The notes: generated by a model not told the origin, from the sequence alone. A stretch of 24,670 nucleotides of DNA from Candidatus Thorarchaeota archaeon (GCA_003345595.1 PRDI01000016.1:1-24670), one strand, 5' to 3'; positions 15,636 through 24,670 are shown, counted from the stretch's first letter. Numbers and translations are program-made.

Positions 15636-18539
15636 CTACTCAAGGAAGAGAGATACCCTGCCAGGAAGAGCAAAATGCGCCTTCCCCTGGGGGTCACTCT
15701 GCGGCTTTTCAGCAGACTGAATCACTATCTCCAGACCCAGTTCCGACTTCAAGTACTCAACTGAGCTCTGTAGTGTCACGGTTTCGTCCTTCGCGCTTGC
15801 GGAGTAGCCCCAGAGTCCGTTCTCTTTTGCCATTCGGTCCACAATCATCTTGACCTCTTTGCCATATTGTCTGAAGCTGGGATTTGACATCAGGTGTTTC
15901 ATGATGTCACCGACAATCATCGGCAGATTGGCCTGTCGGACGCTGTCCATCGCATCGAACATCCATTGAGGTGCCACATAGATGTTTACTCTCTTCGGAG
16001 CCTTCTCCTTCAGAAGCTTCGAGATCTCGCGCACATCACGTATCGTTGCTTCGACCACGTCTTGCGCTCGTTCTGCCGGCAGATCAATCATCTTCTTGTC
16101 CGCTTTGGGCCATGGCGCCAGAGAAACATACCCTTCGTGCTTCATCTTCGACCACATCTCTTCGCAGATGTGAGGAGCTATGGGGGTGACGAGACGGACC
16201 CAGATGTCGCATGCGTATGCCATGGCAGAGTCACGTTCTTCCTTCGGCACCTCAGGGCGGTCCACGTACTGGCTGACAATACGCTGCATCTCTGAAGTTA
16301 CAAGCAATGCGTAATCCCTCAGCTTGAAGCTGTCAAAGCTCTCCGTACTGTCTTCAATCAGCGAGTTGACCTTGGACAGAAACCATCGAGTCATCATGGC
16401 AGGCCTGTCTTTCTTGGTGTACGCCTTAGGAGTCTTTGTCGCATACTTCTTGACTGTTTCAATGAACTGAGCAATCCTGTTCTTGACTACAGGTACGTCC
16501 CTCTCACGCCAGTCCATGAGAGTGGCAGGCTCGGCGGCCGAAATGACGTATGTACGATACACGTCGGCACCATATTTCTTCGGGATTTCCACGAGTGGGA
16601 TGACATTGCCCTTGCTCTTTGACATCTTCATCCCTTCCATGTTCACGTGCTCGTTCAGGCTGATACATTTCAGCCAGTGCTTTCTCGGGAATATCGCAAC
16701 ATGGTGAAAGATGGCGAAGCTCAGATGGTTCGATATGTGCGATGGTGCTGTATGTCGCTGGTCGTTCGGATACCAATAGAGGAACTCGTCGTGCATTGAC
16801 CTCAGGAGATCAATGCTCACACCTGTTTCTTCTGAAACCTTCTTCGGGTCACCCTTGCTCAGGAACACGTAGTCAAAGAATCTCAATGTCAGTTGTTCGG
16901 GCTTCAGCTTATTCCCGGTTATCTTATGGGCTATGGTGTAGAATGCCATGTAGATCGTAGAGTCGGACAGTGATTCGATGATCCACTCCTTATCAAACGG
17001 CAGACGAGTACCGATTCCCCGCTTTCTCGCGCAGGGCCTTTGGGTCAGCCAGTCAAATGTGGCCTCAAAGAGGTTCCTGAAGGTGTTCGGCAATATCTGC
17101 ATTGAGTCTAATGCACTGCGCGCCAAGTCCTTCCAGCCCGGACTCATGTAGTCCAAGAACCACTGTCCGGCGAACACGCCGACCTGGACATCTGTTCCAC
17201 ATTTGCAGACTACAGGTCTCCTATCGGGCTCGTAGAACACATCAACACGATTGTTTGACCTCATCCATTTGACGACATCGTCTTTGACTTCCTTGATTGC
17301 CCTGCCAGAGAATTGGCCACAGTTGTTTCTCATCACACCCTCGTAGAACTCAGCCTTGTAGATCTCCTGTGTGGCCTCTTCGAGCTCTTCAGCCTCTGCC
17401 TGTGACTTGATACCCCTCTTTTCGACTGTATCTTTGGCTGGAAACTCACTGTATCCTTTGATGTCGATCATGCCGATAATCTTGATACTCCGGACGTCTT
17501 CAGGCGAAATCCCGTATTGCTCTAGGCCAGAGGGATTCTCCCAGAGATCACGGAGTGCAACATAGTCGAACGGTGCATGGCCGGGAACGGAGTAGACCAC
17601 ACCGGTTGCATTCTGTGGGTCCACGAAGTCGGCTGGCAGGATTGGAATCTCATGCTCGTCATGAACCGCCCGAAACTTCTTGCCGACTATCTTGGCCCCG
17701 GAAAACGACTCAATCACGTCTACCTTCTTGGCTTGCAGTCTTAGCTTCTCGACTGCTGCAGATGAGATGACCCACTTTTCGCCGTCGACTCGGGCCCAGA
17801 CGTAGGTGGCATGGGGATTGATCCACATGTTTGTGACGCCGAATATGGTTTCAGGCCGCAGTGTTGCAGGGACTATGAATCCGTCCTCGAACCCGAACTT
17901 GATTGCCGTGAACTCCTTGATCTTGGCGTCCTCGCCCTTCAGCAGGTCGTCCTCTCCAACGGGATTGCCATCATGGGGACAGTACAGCAGTGGATAGGCG
18001 CCCTGTCGAATGTATCCCTTGTCCATCAACTTCTGATACTGCCATGTCACGAACATGTTGTAGATCTTGTCACCGGTCGTGAACTTCCTGCGCCAGTCAA
18101 TGCTGTAACCAAGGGCCTTGAAGTCGGCAGAGATGGCGTCGGCAAAGAACTTGGCCGTTACCCACGGGTCTGTGAACTTCCGCAGTTGTTCCTCGACTTC
18201 CTCCTCCGTCTTCAGATACAGTCGCAGGTCTCGTTTGTACTGCTCAATCGCATCATGATCGCCCTCTTTGATTCTCTCCACCATTCCGAGGATTGGTGTG
18301 CCGGTCATGTGTGAGGCCATTGGAAACAGTACATTGTATCCCCTCATCCGTCTGTAACGGGCTATCAGATCCCCCACAGTGTACGTCCTGCCATGGCCGA
18401 TGTGCAAGGCACCATTTGTGTATGGGTATGGTACGGTCAGGAAGAACTTGGGCTTGTTGGAGTCAGGGTCTGCCTCGAAGATCTTGTCCCTTTCCCAACG
18501 CCTTTGCCATTTCCTCTCAATCTCGGCGTATTCACTCAT
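15636..18539 (-). CDS. leuS: Leucine--tRNA ligase (archaeal/eukaryotic type)
   Basis: PYPYTNGALHIGH, DWRRKFTT, ATLRPETIFGVTN, SVPGHAPFDY, IESLSDSTIYMA, KMSKSKGN. ATG 18539 (MSEYAEIERKWQ). Confidence 0.97.
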   Translation of the reverse strand: MSEYAEIERKWQRRWERDKIFEADPDSNKPKFFLTVPYPYTNGALHIGHGRTYTVGDLIARYRRMRGYNVLFPMASHMTGTPILGMVERIKEGDHDAIEQYKRDLRLYLKTEEEVEEQLRKFTDPWVTAKFFADAISADFKALGYSIDWRRKFTTGDKIYNMFVTWQYQKLMDKGYIRQGAYPLLYCPHDGNPVGEDDLLKGEDAKIKEFTAIKFGFEDGFIVPATLRPETIFGVTNMWINPHATYVWARVDGEKWVISSAAVEKLRLQAKKVDVIESFSGAKIVGKKFRAVHDEHEIPILPADFVDPQNATGVVYSVPGHAPFDYVALRDLWENPSGLEQYGISPEDVRSIKIIGMIDIKGYSEFPAKDTVEKRGIKSQAEAEELEEATQEIYKAEFYEGVMRNNCGQFSGRAIKEVKDDVVKWMRSNNRVDVFYEPDRRPVVCKCGTDVQVGVFAGQWFLDYMSPGWKDLARSALDSMQILPNTFRNLFEATFDWLTQRPCARKRGIGTRLPFDKEWIIESLSDSTIYMAFYTIAHKITGNKLKPEQLTLRFFDYVFLSKGDPKKVSEETGVSIDLLRSMHDEFLYWYPNDQRHTAPSHISNHLSFAIFHHVAIFPRKHWLKCISLNEHVNMEGMKMSKSKGNVIPLVEIPKKYGADVYRTYVISAAEPATLMDWRERDVPVVKNRIAQFIETVKKYATKTPKAYTKKDRPAMMTRWFLSKVNSLIEDSTESFDSFKLRDYALLVTSEMQRIVSQYVDRPEVPKEERDSAMAYACDIWVRLVTPIAPHICEEMWSKMKHEGYVSLAPWPKADKKMIDLPAERAQDVVEATIRDVREISKLLKEKAPKRVNIYVAPQWMFDAMDSVRQANLPMIVGDIMKHLMSNPSFRQYGKEVKMIVDRMAKENGLWGYSASAKDETVTLQSSVEYLKSELGLEIVIQSAEKPQSDPQGKAHFALPGRVSLFLE

Positions 18540-18812
18540 ATCTGGAGGCCTCAATAGACGTTGAATCACTCGAGGAGCCGGATGCGGTATCTGCTATAAA
18601 GGACTCGAAGAAAAAGCAAATGTCACGGACAGAGAACACAATCCATCCTTGGCTCACTCTTGCATCCAGGCTCTTGGACCACCTAATAGAGCTTTGGATG
18701 AATCGAGTTGACCTTCGCGCTATTATTCGAAACATACGTGCCTTCAAATGGCCTGCCGTGCACTAGGTCGGCATGAATAGAGTGAAAAAGGCTTGAATGG
18801 GGCAACGCGCTC

Positions 18813-19478
18813 ATGAGTATGGGCTGGATGATGCACCCCTCGGGAGAGTACATAGATGTCCACGAACACTTGATGGGTTATCAGGAAACTCTGGCATTGC
18901 TTCAGGCTGTGGAGAAGGACTTCGGTGTCCGAAGGTACTGCAATGGATACAACGCAGGAGGAAGATGGATCTTCCAGATCTTCAACAAAGAGTTCGTGAC
19001 AAAACTCGCTCAAATAGTAAAGACAGTTCTCCTGCGTACAGGCAAACCGGGTCCTGTCCTAGAGGTCATGGCAGGCGATGGAAGACTCACTGAGTTCTTG
19101 GGACCACTGGTGGATAGACAAACCGTTGCGACAGACAGCAGAGATGGACGCTACGACATAGCATACCCCAAGTGGGTTGAAAGATTAGGTGCGCTCGAGG
19201 CGATAGCACACTACAGCCCATCAATTGTGATTGCATGCTGGGAACCTTACCTATCGATGGCAGGGCTAGATGTCATCAAGAAACGAATACCAACTCTATG
19301 GATCGGCGACCCCCAATGGTGTGGGCACCAAGACCTCTTCAGGAGTCGCTCCATCCCCATGGGGAGCGAGTATGCACTGTGTCGACACGATGACTTCACA
19401 GGAGGCACTCTCAGAAGTGGAATCTTCTTGTTCAATTGCAGAAGCAGATGGTTCTCAGGCCAAATGGTCGAGCAGTGA
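18813..19478 (+). CDS. Hypothetical protein with a SAM-methyltransferase-like motif I
   Basis: VLEVMAGDGRL...VATD, suggesting a Rossmann MTase-like fold; substrate unknown. Confidence 0.6.
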   Translation: MSMGWMMHPSGEYIDVHEHLMGYQETLALLQAVEKDFGVRRYCNGYNAGGRWIFQIFNKEFVTKLAQIVKTVLLRTGKPGPVLEVMAGDGRLTEFLGPLVDRQTVATDSRDGRYDIAYPKWVERLGALEAIAHYSPSIVIACWEPYLSMAGLDVIKKRIPTLWIGDPQWCGHQDLFRSRSIPMGSEYALCRHDDFTGGTLRSGIFLFNCRSRWFSGQMVEQ

Positions 19479-19601
19479 ATCATCGTTAGGAAACATAGAA
19501 AGATCCTGCCCCTACATCCCGAGACTCTTCGGCGGGCCTGTACCGTGCAGTTGCCCGTCTAGTTTATTTCTAGCCAATGCAGTCCTTGTGATGGTGATGT
19601 C

Positions 19602-20036
19602 ATGGTAATCTTTGGGTCTTCTGCAGGAATCATCTTTGATGTCAATCTCATCATACAGACAGTGCTCGCCATCTTGCTGGTGGCTGGTGTGGTGCTCAAA
19701 CGCCCACTGAAACGTCACGGCAACATAATGGCGATTGCAACGTTGGCTAATGTCGCAACCATACTCTTGATCATGCTACCATCGCTTGTGAGAAATTTCG
19801 GGGCTATTATCGCTGGTCCCGTTACTACTGGTATACTGGTCACTGTTGCTCATGTCATACTTGGCTCAGCAACCATACTGCTGGCACTGCTGTTCGGCTT
19901 CCGGTTCTTCTCCGCCACAAGGAACTCCAAACCCCTCAAGTGTGGAACGAAGAGGATGATGATCCTTTCTATTGTCTTATGGTTTGTTACCTTGAGCGCC
20001 GGGTTGGCCTTCTACTACTACTACTATCTGCTTTGA
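19602..20036 (+). CDS. Four-TM membrane protein, DUF420-like
   Basis: Four hydrophobic segments; KRHGNIM and AHVILG histidines. Confidence 0.65.
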   Translation: MVIFGSSAGIIFDVNLIIQTVLAILLVAGVVLKRPLKRHGNIMAIATLANVATILLIMLPSLVRNFGAIIAGPVTTGILVTVAHVILGSATILLALLFGFRFFSATRNSKPLKCGTKRMMILSIVLWFVTLSAGLAFYYYYYLL

Positions 20037-20203
20037 GAAGTCGCTCTCCGCCATCGTCCATGGCAGCCCGATTGAGCAGACGCCCAGCACATAGGCCTCT
20101 TCATGGCGGCTGACGCCGATCTATGGGGAACCACCTCATGTCTTACACCGCTTCATATCGACTAGGACAGAAGCAACAATATCAGTCCAAAGAAGGCCTT
20201 GCC

Positions 20204-21145
20204 ATGGTCAAGCCAGAAGTAAGTGCCGTAGACATCGACCTGAAGACAGGGAACACATTAGGATTCTACGCTCTCGGAACAGATAGACCGAATGTTCTGA
20301 TACTGTCTGCCATGGATGGGACGTCAGCCACAGATGTCTATGCGTCCTATCTCGTGATGAAGCACCTAGAAGGACTTGAGAGGATTGATGGCTCTGTTAC
20401 GTTGCTTCCTGTGGCGAACCCGCTGTCATTCAGACTGGGAACAAGGGTTTCTCCTCTCGACTCCCTCGACCTCGATACGGTGTTTCCCGGCAACGAACAG
20501 GGCACAGTGACCCAGAGGACTGCTTGGGAGATCTGGCGCAGAGTTTCGCAGGCGGACTTTGTTGTGCACCTCAGAACGGGGTGGCAATCATGCATCAGCC
20601 ATGTAGTTGCCCTCCACCGAGACTACATCCACGTCCGCAACATGGCCTCTCAGATCGCCCTTCCCCTTTTGGTTCAGGGCCCGGGCAACAGAGGTTCACT
20701 GATCACAGAGGCGGCACATGATGGTATAGCAGCCATCGCAATCGAAACAAGGGGTGAGAGAGGACAGGTAGAGCCTCAAGCAGCCGTTGAGGTGAGAGAG
20801 GCAATCCTCAACTTCCTCAGGATAAAGGACATGATTCCCGGGGAGAAGATGGAAACGTCCAGTGTCATCGCTGGAAGAATGCAGCATGTGAATGTCGAGA
20901 CCGAGGGGTTCTTTGTTCCCGTTGTACATCCAGGTGAGGCAGTGCGTCGCGGAGATGTGATTGGTCAAGTGCAGGACAGGACGGACGTGATATCACCTCA
21001 TGATGGCACGGTGGTGTCACTAAGCAAGATGAGCTATGTGTTCGAGGGCGACATCATAGCCCGGGTGGCAACCCCGATTGCTGACCAATGGAACGAGGAC
21101 GAGGCACGAGAGGACAGAACGCCGGCGAGGAGGAGAAAGTGGTAG
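20204..21145 (+). CDS. Succinylglutamate desuccinylase/aspartoacylase (M14-like) family protein with degenerate metal site and C-terminal biotinyl/lipoyl-like barrel
   Basis: GSVTLLPVANP, R..P.D..DL...FPG...GT.TQR.A, GSL...A, IE; C-terminal G......PG..V..GD.IG and SP.DG.V. ATG 20204 preferred. Confidence 0.8.
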   Translation: MVKPEVSAVDIDLKTGNTLGFYALGTDRPNVLILSAMDGTSATDVYASYLVMKHLEGLERIDGSVTLLPVANPLSFRLGTRVSPLDSLDLDTVFPGNEQGTVTQRTAWEIWRRVSQADFVVHLRTGWQSCISHVVALHRDYIHVRNMASQIALPLLVQGPGNRGSLITEAAHDGIAAIAIETRGERGQVEPQAAVEVREAILNFLRIKDMIPGEKMETSSVIAGRMQHVNVETEGFFVPVVHPGEAVRRGDVIGQVQDRTDVISPHDGTVVSLSKMSYVFEGDIIARVATPIADQWNEDEAREDRTPARRRKW

Positions 21146-21591
21146 CCCGAAAATGCAGTCGCTGCGAAGGACTCATGTGCACCAACGTAGGGGACGCCAG
21201 GCTGAGGAACTCAGGAAACCTCCTCTTGATTGGGAGCTGTATGGCTACGAGGTATCCTGACATTGTTGAAGAGTTCAGCAAGAAGAATGGTGACCAGCCA
21301 GTGCTTGAAGTGTGCCTTGAGGAAACCCACGTGGACCAAGCGGGCTTCAAGATAGCTTCAGTCGTCAGATACGCGAGCATACGAGGACTGACCGTTCTTA
21401 CAATTGACGGGAGTCCCCACTGTGTCCAGCTTCACATGGTGGTTGAGGACATCAAGCGCCATTTCACACCAGAGGTTGAAACAGCGCATTATGTCGTAGA
21501 GAAAGACAATGTGTACGAGATCTCCGCAGAAGCGGTGAAGAGAGCGCGACACCTGTCCAGGATTCAGGCATCACTGAACGGCGTGAGCTGA
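21139..21591 (+). CDS. Cys/His-rich putative Fe-S or metal-binding protein
   Basis: KCSRC, LLLIGSC, VCLEETH, VLTIDGSPHCVQLH; GTG 21139 with GGAGGA upstream, overlapping the previous stop. Confidence 0.7.
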   Translation: MVARKCSRCEGLMCTNVGDARLRNSGNLLLIGSCMATRYPDIVEEFSKKNGDQPVLEVCLEETHVDQAGFKIASVVRYASIRGLTVLTIDGSPHCVQLHMVVEDIKRHFTPEVETAHYVVEKDNVYEISAEAVKRARHLSRIQASLNGVS

Positions 21592-21596
21592 ACCGT

Positions 21597-22223
21597 TCAT
21601 GCTGAGTCGGACACAGGAGCCTTCTGCTCGTGTGAACGACTCACTCTTGGAAACATGAATCCAGCCTTGTGCCGATACTCAAGATACTCCTGTCCGTAGA
21701 TGACAATCAGTTTTCTCTCCTCAAGGCGTGCTCCTATGAACACGTAAGCAATCAATGACAGGTCAAAGACAATGACTCTCGGAAATGGATACAACAGCAT
21801 CATGCCCACGAGTATCAGGATTGTTGCGAGATATAAGGGGTGACGCAATCGGGAATACGCTCCACGAGTCACCAGCTCTGGTTTCCTGTCAGTTCTCATG
21901 TCTGCAACAGTCGTCACAGATAGATCCTTTGACGCTGCCTTGGCTATTATCAATCCAATGACAATGGATGCAACTCCTGCAAAGGTGAGAAATAGGTTGA
22001 CATCTTGCGGAGAGAAGATGAAGTACAACCAGTCCCAATAGTCCATCGATAGGAATGCAACTACGAGAGCGACCACACTGGTGACAGTGAACACTCTGCC
22101 ATACCCGTTCTTTCCCAACCTCTTGATGATCCTAGATTTGATACGTAAGGCCGAAAGACCGCTATGCTGGAGTCCGAACAGTCCCACCGCACCGACAATC
22201 ACGAGATATTCGAGCATTAACAA
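21597..22223 (-). CDS. Membrane methyltransferase, ICMT/PEMT family (MddA/nurim-like)
   Basis: LFGLQHS, LVTRGAYSRLRHPLYL, EERKL...YG.EY.EY; several TM helices. Confidence 0.82.
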   Translation of the reverse strand: MLMLEYLVIVGAVGLFGLQHSGLSALRIKSRIIKRLGKNGYGRVFTVTSVVALVVAFLSMDYWDWLYFIFSPQDVNLFLTFAGVASIVIGLIIAKAASKDLSVTTVADMRTDRKPELVTRGAYSRLRHPLYLATILILVGMMLLYPFPRVIVFDLSLIAYVFIGARLEERKLIVIYGQEYLEYRHKAGFMFPRVSRSHEQKAPVSDSA

Positions 22224-22342
22224 CTCCAGACATCGCCCACATTCAGCCTACAATAACTCTTCGCTGCAGCACTGTCCATTCTGAGAGTATGGTATCCATC
22301 GAGTCGACCGCATTCTAGTCGCCGATGTTGCGTTTCACAAGA

Positions 22343-22381
22343 CTTATATGGTTAGTTCACAATCGTTAAGTCAGAAGGTGA
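22343..22381 (+). promoter_or_regulatory. Putative TATA box (TTATAT 22344-22349) and SD (AGGTGA 22376-22381) of the orphan gene
   Basis: Archaeal TATA-like box with an A-rich upstream stretch; shares ACTTATAT with the tfb promoter. Confidence 0.55.
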
Positions 22382-22385
22382 AATA

Positions 22386-22955
22386 ATGCAGAAGGTCCTA
22401 AAGAATCCATTTGTTCCAGCCGAGATTTGGGACGAAGAAGAGGTCACCGTGAATGAGGGTGACGAAGAGAAGAAGGTCGATGCAAAGCGCTACTACGTTC
22501 GCTATATCGTAGGCGAGAGCGATGAGACCAAGTTCGTAGACGGAGGTAAGGACGAAGCTGAGTCAGTCCACGAGAAGACCATATACGCAGCCCCTTCGAT
22601 ACACAAGCTTGCCGGCGAACCCTTCCACTATGACAAGAACAGTGTGATGACTATAAGTGGAGACGGCGATCCTGATGACATCAAGCGCCTCAACCGTGTC
22701 GACGCATGTTCGGACCACGAGAAGGTTGAGGTGGCATTCGAGAGCAGCGGCGTCGAGTGCTGTGCCATGTCAAAGGAGGATGCTGACAAGAAGAAGATCC
22801 CAGTGCAGTATCTAGCTGGCTACATTCTGGGAAGAAGCGATGGAGTCTTCAAAGTGGCACTCTCAAAGACTGTGCTCGATGACGGCACTTCGTACTACGA
22901 GAACATACACATGATCCCTGAGGACGTAATCAGGTCTTGGTCATGTATAGAGTAG
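22386..22955 (+). CDS. Acidic hypothetical protein (189 aa)
   Basis: Clean ORF flanked by TATA, SD and terminator; no family recognised. Confidence 0.8.
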   Translation: MQKVLKNPFVPAEIWDEEEVTVNEGDEEKKVDAKRYYVRYIVGESDETKFVDGGKDEAESVHEKTIYAAPSIHKLAGEPFHYDKNSVMTISGDGDPDDIKRLNRVDACSDHEKVEVAFESSGVECCAMSKEDADKKKIPVQYLAGYILGRSDGVFKVALSKTVLDDGTSYYENIHMIPEDVIRSWSCIE

Positions 22956-22982
22956 TTGGCGAATGCATCGGCACTCCAGCAA

Positions 22983-23036
22983 AGGGGTTGGAGAAGGAGC
23001 GTGGTGGGCTTCTGTTCTCCGGCCCCTCTCTTTTTT
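22983..23036 (+). terminator. Hairpin plus U-tract terminator
   Basis: AGGGGTTGGAGAA-GGAGC/gtggtgg/GCTTC-tg-TTCTCCGGCCCCT followed by CTCTTTTTT. Confidence 0.75.
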
Positions 23037-23116
23037 GAGTTTTAGTAGCTTCCTGCGGCAATGGGCTATCTAGGCTTTCTTCGCCTAAGAAAGGCGTACG
23101 TTTTTTCATAGAGGCT

Positions 23117-23129
23117 TAAACTTATATAG
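23117..23129 (+). promoter_or_regulatory. Putative TATA box of tfb
   Basis: TAAACTTATATAG about 110 nt upstream of the tfb ATG. Confidence 0.6.
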
Positions 23130-23235
23130 TCATAAATCTCCGTCACGGGACAGCTCTTTTCGGAGCAGTTTTCTTTACTGATTGTGCCCAATCTCTGGGC
23201 CAAATCCTGAAAGGAGCGCCTGTAGGTGACCTCGC

Positions 23236-24180
23236 ATGGCGAAACCAGTCCGGGCTATGGCCGAAAGACGACAAGGCATCGGTGTGTGTTCCATTTGCGG
23301 TAGTAGCGAGTTCTACGAAGACACGACCCGAGGTGAGAACATCTGTACTGCCTGTGGATGTGTGATTAACGACCGCATGATGGACTCAGGTCCGGAGTGG
23401 AGAGCTTTCACAGCAGAGGAGAGAAATGCAAGGGCGAGGACTGGCTCTCCTATGACACTGACAATGGCAGACAAGGGACTTGCCACTACTATTGGCTGGA
23501 GCGACAGGGACGCGAATGGACGCTCAATCGCCGCGAACAATCGTGCCGCGATTTACAGGATGCGCAAGTGGCAGATCAGGACTCTTGTACACAGCTCACA
23601 GCACAGAAACCTCAGCATCGCCATGAGTGAGATGGACAGGCTGACCTCACAACTGGGTATTCCTAGTGAAACAAAGGAAACAGCTGCTCTCATTTACAGG
23701 AAAGCGCTCAGCAGGCGTCTGGTTCGAGGACGAAGCATAGAGGGAATGGTCGCGGCTTCAATCTACCTGTCCTGCCGTATTCACAAGATACCAAGGCAGC
23801 TTGATGAGATAGTCACCGAGGCCAGAGTGAACAGAAAAGAACTCGGTCAGTGTGTTCGACTTATCCTGCGCAACGTCGACATCAGAGTCCCGATACCGTC
23901 GGCAAACGACTTGATGCCGCGTATCTCGGCAGACCTTTCGCTGGATGGAAGAACCCTACAGTGTGCGATGGACATCATCAACAAGGCCAGAAAGCATGGT
24001 CTGACAGCCGGCAAGGACCCTGGTGGCCTTGCGGCAGCAGCACTGTACATAGCAGGTATTATAGAAGACGACAGACGCACGCAGAGAGAGATCGCAGAAG
24101 CGTCCAATGTGACTGAGGTCACTGTCAGAAACCGCTACAAAGACCTTGCGCAGTCACTGCAAATCACTATCAGACCATAG
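23236..24180 (+). CDS. tfb: Transcription initiation factor IIB (TFB)
   Basis: Zn ribbon CSICG...CTACG, GPEWRAF B-reader, two cyclin repeats (RGRSIE, GKDP.GLAAAALY), TQREIA, VTEVTVRNRYK. Confidence 0.97.
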   Translation: MAKPVRAMAERRQGIGVCSICGSSEFYEDTTRGENICTACGCVINDRMMDSGPEWRAFTAEERNARARTGSPMTLTMADKGLATTIGWSDRDANGRSIAANNRAAIYRMRKWQIRTLVHSSQHRNLSIAMSEMDRLTSQLGIPSETKETAALIYRKALSRRLVRGRSIEGMVAASIYLSCRIHKIPRQLDEIVTEARVNRKELGQCVRLILRNVDIRVPIPSANDLMPRISADLSLDGRTLQCAMDIINKARKHGLTAGKDPGGLAAAALYIAGIIEDDRRTQREIAEASNVTEVTVRNRYKDLAQSLQITIRP

Positions 24181-24257
24181 ACAGCGCCTGTCGCAGAGTC
24201 GTCGGGTTCAGCCTCAGCAAGACATTTCTGTCCCACCTTCAGAGTGAATCATGTTCC

Positions 24258-24670
24258 ATGAACAAGTTCCTCCTAGCCCTCTGTGGACTGCCTGCTTCAG
24301 GAAAGACGACTCTTGCCAGAGCAGTACGGGCCAAGCTTGGTCCTCGCGCAAAGGTACAGATAGTAAGTACGGACGAGTGGCGGGACCAACTGTACTATTC
24401 GGAGTTCTCACCTGAAAAGGAGCACAAAGTGAGAGAAGCGGCGCTAGAACGAGTCACCAAGATGCTTGCACAAGGATTCTCTGTGATTCATGATGACACA
24501 AACTACTACGCCAGCATGCGTCATGAACTTCGGGACGCGGCCAAGTCACAACAGTACTCCTTTGCAATCGTATTCGTGTCCACACCGTTGGAAACATGCC
24601 TCCGTTGGAATCGGGAAAGAAACACGGCACTGCCGGAGGATGTGATACTCAAGATTGACAGCAACTTCGA
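24258..24670 (+). CDS. pstK: L-seryl-tRNA(Sec) kinase (PSTK; KTI12-related), runs off the right edge of the window
   Basis: Not in the ORF track. MNKFLLALCGLPASGKTTLA...IVSTDEWR...VIHDDTNYYASMRHEL...TPLETCLRWNRER; P-loop plus DDTNYYxSMR and lid RxxxR motifs. Confidence 0.85.
   Translation, partial: MNKFLLALCGLPASGKTTLARAVRAKLGPRAKVQIVSTDEWRDQLYYSEFSPEKEHKVREAALERVTKMLAQGFSVIHDDTNYYASMRHELRDAAKSQQYSFAIVFVSTPLETCLRWNRERNTALPEDVILKIDSNF

Noticed and set aside
18620-18766. 48-codon ORF in the leuS upstream region
   Set aside because: No motif or SD, and it lies in a divergent promoter region; cannot be supported.
20013-20027. (TAC)n run
   Set aside because: It simply encodes five Tyr at the end of a TM helix; too short to call a functional repeat.
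1590-24180. Genome-wide reassignment of TAG to an amino acid
   Set aside because: By my count 9 of 23 complete genes end in TAG at natural C-termini (including leuS, tfb and aor2), and those checked have no immediate backup stop. Any UAG recoding would have to be partial or context-specific.
763-24411. Many 60-170 aa track ORFs nested in or antisense to well-supported genes
   Set aside because: Shadow frames with no motifs.
1-24670. CRISPR arrays, tRNA (including tRNA-Sec/Pyl), rRNA, IS elements or integrases
   Set aside because: Intergenic spaces are short, and I saw no repeat-spacer periodicity, cloverleaf or transposase motifs by eye. An atypical tRNA could be missed without a covariance search.

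Overview
Archaeal chromosomal window, most likely from an Asgard lineage such as Thorarchaeia (inferred from the gene set and an eukaryote-like SECIS, not from a database search). Left to right: a partial 3xPAS histidine kinase; two tungsten/molybdenum AOR-family oxidoreductase modules, each with a polyferredoxin, one followed by an atypical DHODH/PreA-like flavo-Fe-S enzyme and the other preceded by MoaD/SAMP and a cyclic amidohydrolase; between them a Xaa-Pro peptidase, a PfkB kinase and a methyltransferase; a stand-alone Lrp/AsnC ligand-binding domain; a group 3c [NiFeSe] hydrogenase operon (mvhD-vhuG-vhuA-vhuU); leuS; several hypotheticals; tfb; and a partial pstK. The strongest signals are in the hydrogenase operon. 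(1) An unannotated vhuU (15394-15546) has an in-frame UGA at the Sec position, in an unusual D-C-U-x-x-C-x-x-H motif. (2) An eukaryote-type AUGA/AAA/GA SECIS is built on vhuU's own stop codon. (3) A single in-frame UAG, followed by a stem-loop, interrupts the otherwise intact small subunit vhuG. No CRISPR, tRNA, rRNA or mobile element was recognised.
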